From: an uncultured Chthoniobacterales bacterium
Lineage (GTDB): Bacteria; Verrucomicrobiota; Verrucomicrobiia; Chthoniobacterales; SZAS-18
NCBI GenBank assembly: GCA_964249195.1
Contig: CAXUAZ010000001.1
Coordinates: forward strand, 1-63,316
Direction of reading: 5' to 3'
DNA length: 63,316 bases
How positions within the stretch are numbered: the first letter of the stretch is position 1; the number at the start of each line of letters is the position of its first letter. The notes beneath the pieces were generated by a model that ran no database searches, was not told where the DNA came from, and was given only the letters and a program-made list of their open reading frames with translations. Positions 56,299 to 63,316 of this stretch are shown here, piece after piece. The translations under genes were made by a program, and so were the position numbers.

Positions 56299-58320
56299 AT
56301 GGATTACCGCCCGCTCCTCGGCCTCGCGTTCCTTGCCTTAACCGTTCTTTCCCTTCGAGCCGCCAACCCGCGCCCGCTGCAGCCCGAAGACATCGCGCTG
56401 CTGCACAATGTCGGCGACCCCGAGATCTCGCCGGATGGAGTACACGTCGTTTACACGGTCGGCACGACCGATCTCGCCAAGGACAAAACCGCCGCAAACC
56501 TCTGGGTGGCCGGTTGGGACGGCGCGGACAACCACGCGCTCACCTCGGGCGACAATAAACAGAGCCACCCCCGCTGGAGCCCCGATGGCAAACACCTCGC
56601 CTTCCTCTCCAGCCGCGCCGACGAGCACGAGGACGACCAACTCTGGGTGCTCCCCGTCGCCGGCGGCGAGGCCGAACGCGTGACCGAAATCAAAGGCGGC
56701 GTCGATGATTACGCCTGGTCGCCCGATTCCAAACGCATCGTCCTGGTCGTCGAAGATCCCGACCCGCGCGACCCAGACGGCCACGAGAAAGACAAGAAAA
56801 CCGTGCCGCCGCTCGTGATCGACCGGTTCTACTTCAAGCAGGACATCGAGGGCTATCTCACCGACCGCTATCGTCACCTGCGGCTGCTCGATCTCGGCAC
56901 GCGGAAGGTCGAGGAACTCACGAGCGGCAAGCACGACGACCTGCTGCCCGCCTGGTCGCCCGACGGCACGCAGATCGCGTTCGTCACCAAGCGCGGGGAG
57001 GACCCGGATCGTACGGAGAACTGGGACATCTACGCGATCGGCTCCCAGCCGGGCGCGAAGGAACGCCAACTGACGACCGCGCCGGAATCGGACGGTGTGC
57101 CCGACGCGGAATCCGCCCCGGTGTGGAGCCCGGACGGGCGTTCCATCGCCTATCTGCACGGGGCCGATCCCCGGAAGATCGAGTACGGCGTAACCGCTCT
57201 GGCCGTGATCCCGGCCGCCGGCGGAGACCCCCGGGTGCTGACTTCGGCGCTCGACCGCAACGTCCTGCAACCGCGCTGGACGCCCGACGGCAAGTCGCTC
57301 GATGGGCTGGTGGAAGACGACGGCGCGCAGACCCTGCGGCGGATTCCGGCGACCGGAGACGCGCAACCGGGAACGCTGGCCGGCGGGCGTCTGATGATTT
57401 CAGCGCAGACTGTTTCCGCCAACGGCCGCACCGCCGTGCTCGCGAGCACGCCGGAAGCGCCGCCCGAAGTATACGCCGTGGAGGAGGGGAAACTGAGAAA
57501 GCTCTCCCGGCAGAACGACGATTTCCTGGCGCAAGTCCGGATCGCGCCTACCGAGGAGACAAAGTTCAAGAGCGCCGACGGCACGGAGGTGCACGGGTTC
57601 CTCGTGCATGCGCTGGATGCCTCCGCGGATAAGAAGGGGCCAGCGTTGCTGCGTCCGCACGGGGGGCCGCAGGCGCAGTACGAGGCCGCGTTCAACTTCG
57701 AGGCGCAGCTTTTTGCGGCGCACGGGTACGCGGTCATTTTGCCCAATCCGCGCGGCTCGACGGGCCGGGGAGAGAAGTTCGCGCTCGGGATCTACGGCGC
57801 GTGGGGTTCGGTGGACGTGCAGGACGACCTGGCGGCCGTCGACGATGCCGTCGCGCGCGGCGTGGCGGACCCGGATCAACTCGGGGTCGGCGGCTGGAGT
57901 TACGGCGGGATTTCCACGAACTATCTGATCGCGTCGACGACCCGGTTCAAGGCGGCGACGAGCGGGGCGTCGAGCGCCAACATGCTGGCGACGTTCGGCA
58001 CGGATGAGTACATCCGCGATTTGCAGGCGGAGTTTGGCCCGCCGTGGCAGGACCCGTCGAAGTGGCTGGCGTTTTCGTACGCGTTTTACCACGCGGACCG
58101 CATCAAGACGCCGACATTATTCCTTTGCGGCGAGAACGATTTCAACGTGCCGCTCCTCAACAGCGAGCAAATGTATCAGGCCCTCCGGGTGCTGAACGTG
58201 CCGACGGAATTAGTCATTTATCCCGGGCAGTTCCACGGGTTGAAGACGCCGAGCTATCAGGTGGACCGGCTGAAGCGGTATCTGGATTGGTACGCGAAGT
58301 GGATGACGAAGGGGCAGTGA
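56299..58320 (+). CDS. S9 family serine peptidase with N-terminal beta-propeller (TolB/DPP-like)
   Basis: ATG at 56299 with a signal peptide. Repeated WSPDG motifs, catalytic GGWSYGG, and the C-terminal D..V / H triad region. Confidence 0.88.
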   Translation: MDYRPLLGLAFLALTVLSLRAANPRPLQPEDIALLHNVGDPEISPDGVHVVYTVGTTDLAKDKTAANLWVAGWDGADNHALTSGDNKQSHPRWSPDGKHLAFLSSRADEHEDDQLWVLPVAGGEAERVTEIKGGVDDYAWSPDSKRIVLVVEDPDPRDPDGHEKDKKTVPPLVIDRFYFKQDIEGYLTDRYRHLRLLDLGTRKVEELTSGKHDDLLPAWSPDGTQIAFVTKRGEDPDRTENWDIYAIGSQPGAKERQLTTAPESDGVPDAESAPVWSPDGRSIAYLHGADPRKIEYGVTALAVIPAAGGDPRVLTSALDRNVLQPRWTPDGKSLDGLVEDDGAQTLRRIPATGDAQPGTLAGGRLMISAQTVSANGRTAVLASTPEAPPEVYAVEEGKLRKLSRQNDDFLAQVRIAPTEETKFKSADGTEVHGFLVHALDASADKKGPALLRPHGGPQAQYEAAFNFEAQLFAAHGYAVILPNPRGSTGRGEKFALGIYGAWGSVDVQDDLAAVDDAVARGVADPDQLGVGGWSYGGISTNYLIASTTRFKAATSGASSANMLATFGTDEYIRDLQAEFGPPWQDPSKWLAFSYAFYHADRIKTPTLFLCGENDFNVPLLNSEQMYQALRVLNVPTELVIYPGQFHGLKTPSYQVDRLKRYLDWYAKWMTKGQ

Positions 58321-58334
58321 TTCTTCCAAAGAAA

Positions 58335-58369
58335 AAGCCAGATCCCGGCGCGGGGCCGGAATCTGGCTT
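58335..58369. terminator. hairpin between convergent genes
   Basis: 9-bp stem aagccagat (58335..58343) / atctggctt (58361..58369), preceded by an A-run. Confidence 0.5.
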
Positions 58370-58392
58370 GATCGGTGAAGTTTTTTGACGCG

Positions 58393-59232
58393 TTAGAAGG
58401 AAACCTTGCCGCCAAGGCTCACGGTCGAATAGAGGCGGCTGCCGCCATCGTTGACGCCGGACAGCCCGCTTAAGCGGTCGCTGCTGCGCTCCGGCTTCGA
58501 GTCGTACCCGTAGCCGCTCTCGAACACCACCGCGAAACAATGCGAAACCTGCCAGTTGTAGCCCAGCGTCGCGTTGGCGGTGAACACCCAGGAGTCATCA
58601 TACAATCCGATATCCTGATTCAGGAAGCTGCCCGCCGTCACGCGCGCATGGGATGCCTCAACGTACTTGCCGCCCGCCGATGCCGACACAAACGAGGTGA
58701 TGCTCGAGGGGGCGTGGATCAGATTTAACACGAACCGGGGGAAAGTCAGGGTGATGCCCGCGCGGCCAGTGTAAGCCTGATACTGGCTGACTTTAACGTT
58801 CAACTCGTAATTGCCGCCCGCTGGTCCGAAGACACCGCTCGGATCGCTGACGCTGCCTGCTCCGTGCGAGTCACCGTCGGCATGGCTGTAGGTGAAGCCG
58901 CCGAAAACCGAGATGTCGGGGGTGATCTTGTAACCCGCCTCCAACTGGCCGTTGATCACGCCGGGATCGTGCACCGCAGTGAAATCGCGAGACTCCACCT
59001 TCGTGGGCAGCGAGAATGCGCCAGGGACCCCGAGGTCGCCGCCGCCGTTGCTGATGAACTTGGTGGCGTGGATGTCGAATTCACCGCCCGCCTGGAGGCT
59101 CAGGTAGAAGCGAGAGTCGGCCACCGGCTTTTCGATGACCTCCTTCGAGGATTTGGATGGATCTTCGCCGGCGTGGACTGCCACGGTCAGGCAAAAGGTG
59201 GATAAGGCGAGCAGGGATGTTATTTTATTCAT
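58393..59232 (-). CDS. outer membrane beta-barrel protein
   Basis: Signal peptide MNKITSLLALSTFCLTVAVHA, alternating amphipathic strands and a C-terminal ...GGKVSF. Confidence 0.75.
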   Translation of the reverse strand: MNKITSLLALSTFCLTVAVHAGEDPSKSSKEVIEKPVADSRFYLSLQAGGEFDIHATKFISNGGGDLGVPGAFSLPTKVESRDFTAVHDPGVINGQLEAGYKITPDISVFGGFTYSHADGDSHGAGSVSDPSGVFGPAGGNYELNVKVSQYQAYTGRAGITLTFPRFVLNLIHAPSSITSFVSASAGGKYVEASHARVTAGSFLNQDIGLYDDSWVFTANATLGYNWQVSHCFAVVFESGYGYDSKPERSSDRLSGLSGVNDGGSRLYSTVSLGGKVSF

Positions 59233-59305
59233 CTGGCAAACCTAAAATCGCGCTTTTCACCTAGGATGGATGTACCAACGGCGATTTTTCGGGTCGAGGA
59301 GACTA

Positions 59306-59740
59306 CTAGCCAACCACCGTCGCGTCCAGAGTGATGTTGGCATTGCCGCTGAACAGCTTGGAGACCGGGCACCCCGCCTTGGCCTTGTTGGCGGCATCGA
59401 TCACGGCGGCCTCGTCGGCGCCAGGAGCGGTGATTTCCACGTCGAGATGGATGTCGGTGATGGCGAACCCGTCGCCGACCTTGTTCAACGCCACCGTGGC
59501 GGTCGTGGCGATTTTTTCCGGGGTGATGCCGCCCAGGCCCAGAATCATGGAGAGAGCCATGGAAAAACAACTCGCGTGCGCGGCGCCGATGAGTTCCTCG
59601 GGGTTGGACCCTTTGCCGTCTTCGAAACGGTTCTCATAAGAATAGGGCGTCTCGGAAAGCACGCCGCTCTGCGTGGAAACTGTGCCCTTGCCGTCCTTGA
59701 GACCGCCCTGCCAGATTGCTGATCCTTTTCGTTTTTGCAT
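59306..59740 (-). CDS. osmC: OsmC family peroxiredoxin
   Basis: Start at 59740 (MQKRKGSAIWQGGLKDGKGTVS...), 144 aa. ELIGAAHASCFSMAL and KAGCPVSK conserved Cys contexts. Confidence 0.85.
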   Translation of the reverse strand: MQKRKGSAIWQGGLKDGKGTVSTQSGVLSETPYSYENRFEDGKGSNPEELIGAAHASCFSMALSMILGLGGITPEKIATTATVALNKVGDGFAITDIHLDVEITAPGADEAAVIDAANKAKAGCPVSKLFSGNANITLDATVVG

Positions 59741-59969
59741 AGTGGAGTAAAGATCGGGCGTGCGGGTCGATCTGGCTGTTTCCGTAGCGCGCGAAGCGCA
59801 AGGCGCGATGGGTGACACTTGCAGCGGTACGTTGCTCACTTCGTTTTTCGAGAGCGGCTCTCGCCGCCATTGATTTGCCATCGCGCTCGGAGAGCACGAT
59901 CCACCTCGCGCCTCCGCTCGGCCAAACTTTGTCTTCCGCATTAAACGTCCTGGCCATAGCTTCGCGCCG

Positions 59970-61982
59970 GTGATACGCAGAATACTATCTGCCATGCTCG
60001 CCCTCGCTTCGGCGACTCAGGCGGAGACGGCGCTGACGGTTGAAACGCCAAAGCCCGGGAACATTTTCCTCGTCGGCGAGACGGTGGAGATCCCCGTGCG
60101 CGCCCCGGCGGCTTCGATCGATTGGAAGGCCGTTGATTATTGGGGCGGCGGGTCCACGGGCGCGGTCCCGCTGCAAGGGGGCGCCGGGATCATCCGGCCG
60201 CAACTCGGGCGGGTCGGTTACTTCGATCTGCATCTCTCGGCCAGGGACCCGGCCGGCCGGGAATTGGCGCAGAAGGACACCGCGTTTGCCGTGGTGCGTC
60301 CGCCCGGTGTTTCCGACCCGGCGTTTGGCGTGATGACGCACTTCGCGCAAGGCTGGAACACCAACCTGATGCCGCTCCTCGCCAAGGCCGGCATCACGCA
60401 GATCCGCGACGAGCAGTATTGGCAGGACGTCGAAACCCGGCGGGCCGCGTACGTCTTTCCCCAGATGGATCGCGACTACATGAAGGCCGCGGCGGCCAAC
60501 GGGCTGCACCCGCTGATCGAGATGACCTTTGGCAACACGCTCTACGATCACGCGCCCGGCGACCCGGCGAAGGCTTACGCGCCGTTCACCGATGAGGGCC
60601 GGGAAGGGTACGCGGATTACGGCCGGGCGATCCTGCATCAATACGGCGCGCAGATCAGCGCGTTGGAAGTCTGGAACGAATACAACGGCACATGGTGCGA
60701 CGGCCCCGCGGCCGCCGATCGCCCGGCGTTTTACGCCGCCATGCTCAAAACGGTGTACCCGCGGATCAAGGCTGCCCGGCCTGACGTCACCGTGCTGGGC
60801 GGCGCCGCCGTGCTCGCGCCGCTGCCGTGGTTCGAAGACCTCTTCGCGCACGGGGCGCTGGCGTTCATGGATGGGGTCGTCATTCACCCCTACCGCGGCC
60901 GGCCGGAAGGCGTGGAACGCGACATCGCCGCGCTGGTCTCCGCGATGAAGGGCACGCCCAAGCCGATCTGGGCCACCGAATGCGGCAACTCCGGCGACCT
61001 GGAGCCCGGCCGCCGCGCCTCCGCGAAATACCTCGTGCGGCTGATGACGTTGATGCGTTCGTGCAACGTCGCGCGCATGTACTGGTATCTCGGGCGGGAT
61101 TACAACGAGTTCACCAGCGGTCTTCTGCGCGTCGACGGCGGCGGCTATCTCCCGACCGCAACGTACGCCGCGTACTCTGAGCTCATCGCGCAATTAAGCG
61201 GAGCCGTTCCCGCTGGTCGCGAGCCGGATCTGGACCCGAGGACGCGCGTGTACCGGTTTCAAAAGGGCGGCGGCGAGACCCGCGTCGCGTGGACCGTGGC
61301 GCCACCGGCGCGGCTGATCCTGGAGGCGGGCGGTCCGCTGAGCGTCACGAACCTTATGGGCGAGACCGCGGAGATGCGGCCCGTGAATGGCGCGGCCACG
61401 TTGCCGATTGACGACAGCCCCGTTTACATCGCCGGAAGAGTGACCCGCGTGCGAGAGATGCGCCGCGCGGATCGGCTCGCGGCCGACGCCGAGGAGGACT
61501 TCGGCGCGACCCAGGGCGCCGGCGGTTGGACTTACGATTATTTCGAAGCCGGCGACGCCCCGTATGATCCGGGCGCCGTCAAACCGATGACCTGGACTCG
61601 CAGCGGCTACGCCTATCAATGGCAGGGCCCCTTTGCCGCGATGTTCATCTCGGCGGACGCCATGCACCCCGGCTCGAACGGCAAGCCGATCTGGGCAATT
61701 CGCCGCTGGCAGAGCAACGTGGCCGGGATGGCGCATGTCGCCGGCGAACTTTCGGGTGTCAGCCCGCAGGGAGACGGCGTGACCGCCAAAGTGTTTTGCG
61801 ACGGCAAGGAAATCTACCACGCCGCGCTGGGAGGCGCAGCCGGGGCGCCGAAGGCCTTATTGGATTTCAACGTGCCTCTCGTTAGGGGCACGCGGCTGGA
61901 CTTCGTCCTCACGCCCGGCCCGGCAGCCGACATCAACTTCGATGCCACCGGCTTTCGCGTGCAGATCACCCTGCCGAATTGA
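59970..61982 (+). CDS. secreted glycoside hydrolase-like protein (clan GH-A TIM-barrel type) with C-terminal accessory domain
   Basis: 670 aa with a signal peptide. THFAQGW...IRDEQYW...LEVWNEYNG (NE acid/base-type motif)...WATECGN. Family not determinable by eye. Confidence 0.55.
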   Translation: MIRRILSAMLALASATQAETALTVETPKPGNIFLVGETVEIPVRAPAASIDWKAVDYWGGGSTGAVPLQGGAGIIRPQLGRVGYFDLHLSARDPAGRELAQKDTAFAVVRPPGVSDPAFGVMTHFAQGWNTNLMPLLAKAGITQIRDEQYWQDVETRRAAYVFPQMDRDYMKAAAANGLHPLIEMTFGNTLYDHAPGDPAKAYAPFTDEGREGYADYGRAILHQYGAQISALEVWNEYNGTWCDGPAAADRPAFYAAMLKTVYPRIKAARPDVTVLGGAAVLAPLPWFEDLFAHGALAFMDGVVIHPYRGRPEGVERDIAALVSAMKGTPKPIWATECGNSGDLEPGRRASAKYLVRLMTLMRSCNVARMYWYLGRDYNEFTSGLLRVDGGGYLPTATYAAYSELIAQLSGAVPAGREPDLDPRTRVYRFQKGGGETRVAWTVAPPARLILEAGGPLSVTNLMGETAEMRPVNGAATLPIDDSPVYIAGRVTRVREMRRADRLAADAEEDFGATQGAGGWTYDYFEAGDAPYDPGAVKPMTWTRSGYAYQWQGPFAAMFISADAMHPGSNGKPIWAIRRWQSNVAGMAHVAGELSGVSPQGDGVTAKVFCDGKEIYHAALGGAAGAPKALLDFNVPLVRGTRLDFVLTPGPAADINFDATGFRVQITLPN

Positions 61983-62057
61983 CCACAAATCCACGTCCAT
62001 TGCCTTCGCGAATGGCGTATGAGAAGATGCTCGCGGCCACGCATTGCATCCTCCTCA

Positions 62058-62723
62058 ATGGCGCAAATCTTCCCACCCGGGAGTAACTCAATCGCGCGCG
62101 CCGTCCTCCTCGGCGCCCCGCTGAGCGCGGTGGCCTTGGGCGTCGCGACATGGTGTCTGTGGCAATCGCCGTGGATGACACGCGCCTACGCGCCGATCAC
62201 GCAGCCGGCGCCCTTCAGCCACAAGCATCATTCCGGGCAGCTTGGGATCGATTGCCGGTATTGTCATACGGCCGTCGAGAAGAGCGCGTACGCCGGGGTG
62301 CCGCCAACCGAGACGTGCATGACTTGTCACAGCCAGCTCTACACCGATCAAAAATTGCTGGCGCCCGTGCGCGAAAGCCTCGCCAACCATCGCCCCCTCC
62401 AGTGGACGCGCGTCCACGACCTGCCCGACTTCGTTTATTTTAATCACTCGATCCACGTCAACAAGGGCGTGGGCTGCGTGGCCTGTCACGGCCAGACGAA
62501 CGAGATGCAACTCACCTGGCAGACGCAGACGCTCTACATGCGTTGGTGCCTGGAGTGCCACCGCCATCCGGAGAACCACGTCGCGCCGCGGGAGGACGTG
62601 TTTAACGTCGATTGGAAACCGCTCCGCGACACGGCGGGCGCCGCGCCGGCGCGTCAGCTCGTCCGCGATTACCTGATCAAACCCGCCAGCCATCTGACGG
62701 ATTGCGCCACGTGCCATCGATGA
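62058..62723 (+). CDS. actA: Alternative Complex III subunit ActA-like multihaem cytochrome c
   Basis: ORF 62019..62723 with ATG at 62058. One TM, then five CxxCH motifs (CRYCH, CMTCH, CVACH, CLECH, CATCH). Confidence 0.75.
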   Translation: MAQIFPPGSNSIARAVLLGAPLSAVALGVATWCLWQSPWMTRAYAPITQPAPFSHKHHSGQLGIDCRYCHTAVEKSAYAGVPPTETCMTCHSQLYTDQKLLAPVRESLANHRPLQWTRVHDLPDFVYFNHSIHVNKGVGCVACHGQTNEMQLTWQTQTLYMRWCLECHRHPENHVAPREDVFNVDWKPLRDTAGAAPARQLVRDYLIKPASHLTDCATCHR

Positions 62724-63316
62724 AAAACGACGCCCCCACCTGGCGCAGTCTGGAGGAGCTGGCGCGCTCGCCCGAGTACGCGCGCTGGACGCAGCGGGAG
62801 TTCTCGCCGGGCGCTTCCGAGTTGGCGGAGGGGCAAAGCCGGCGTGATTTTCTGAAACTCATGGGCGCCTCCATCGCGCTCGCCGGCGCCACCGCCTGCA
62901 CGCGGCAGCCGGAGGAAAAGATCGTCCCCTACGTGCGTCAACCCGAGGAAGTATTGCCCGGCGTCCCGCTGTTTTACGCCACCGCAATGACGTTGGGCGG
63001 CTACGCGACCGGCCTTCTGGTCGAAAGCAACGAAGGCCGCCCGACCAAGATCGAGGGCAACCCGGACCATCCGTTCAGCCTGGGCGCGACAAACATTTTC
63101 CACCAAGCGGCCATCCTCGATCTATACGATCCCGACCGCTCGCGCGCGGTGCGCCGGGCCGGGGAGATCAGCTCCTGGGGCGTTTTCCTGGCGGACTTGA
63201 TCCCCGCCATGACGGAGCAGGCGGCGAAAGGCGGCGCGGGTTTGCGGATTCTGACGGAGACCGTCACCTCGCCGACGCTCTCCGCGCAACTCGACGCGCT
63301 GATCGCAAAACTTCCC
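62720..63316 (+). CDS. actB: Alternative Complex III subunit ActB-like (molybdopterin-oxidoreductase-like, TAT signal), 5-prime partial
   Basis: Own translation from the ATG at 62720 (ATGA overlap): MKNDAPTWRSLEELARSPEY...SRRDFLKLMGASIALAGATAC...GRPTKIEGNPDHPFSLGAT. The ORF runs off the window end, so it is absent from the track. Confidence 0.75.
   Translation, partial: MKNDAPTWRSLEELARSPEYARWTQREFSPGASELAEGQSRRDFLKLMGASIALAGATACTRQPEEKIVPYVRQPEEVLPGVPLFYATAMTLGGYATGLLVESNEGRPTKIEGNPDHPFSLGATNIFHQAAILDLYDPDRSRAVRRAGEISSWGVFLADLIPAMTEQAAKGGAGLRILTETVTSPTLSAQLDALIAKLP

Overview
This is a 63.3-kb high-GC chromosomal segment from a diderm bacterium, shown by a TonB-dependent receptor, a beta-barrel OMP and Alternative Complex III genes. 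Most genes lack an obvious Shine-Dalgarno motif. That and the gene content fit a Verrucomicrobia/PVC-like organism, but this is a guess I cannot verify here. Left to right the window holds: an AT-richer membrane-protein patch; an M20 peptidase; a DUF433-remnant/Uma2 nuclease patch; NlpC/P60; DUF5069; and a degenerate-CysN::CysC fusion. Next is a complete F1Fo ATP synthase operon (atpBEFHAGDC) with two related heptad-repeat hairpin elements filling the atpH-atpA and atpA-atpG spacers. After it comes a tightly coupled operon for a polyprenyl-phospho-arabinofuranose (mycobacterial DPA-type) donor: a HAD::UbiA fusion, a DprE1-like and a DprE2-like gene. That operon is bracketed by two DUF2298/YYY-type giant membrane proteins, one of them fused to a PMT/ArnT-like GT-C module. 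Then follow a rhomboid-like protein, mazG, a Zn peptidase and glyQS; pstSCAB with a divergent phoU; a GT2 / NodS-like methyltransferase / acyl-CoA-dehydrogenase-like / TPR cluster; and a TonB-dependent receptor. An approximately 11-kb integrase island sits in tRNA-Val(TAC), bounded by a 40-nt direct repeat of the 5-prime half of the tRNA. It carries integrase, an excisionase-like HTH, a CHC2/Toprim primase, an SF3 helicase, an ERCC4 nuclease, a tape-measure-like protein, an AAA-less M41 peptidase and a three-gene cargo cassette, but no recognisable capsid, portal or large terminase. The rest of the window holds a frameshifted G/Y-rich peptidoglycan-binding gene, an orphan DUF2126 protein, a methyltransferase, emrBA, a small AT-richer islet (small protein plus DUF2335), an S9 peptidase, an OMP, OsmC, a clan GH-A-like hydrolase and actA plus partial actB. 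I saw no rRNA, CRISPR array or IS transposase. Many very long ORFs in the supplied track, including the 1965-aa one, are antisense shadow ORFs typical of high-GC DNA. The best candidates for an undescribed system are the DPA-type operon with its DUF2298 paralogs, the island cargo (three coupled small genes plus the standalone M41 peptidase) and the heptad-repeat hairpins inside the atp operon.
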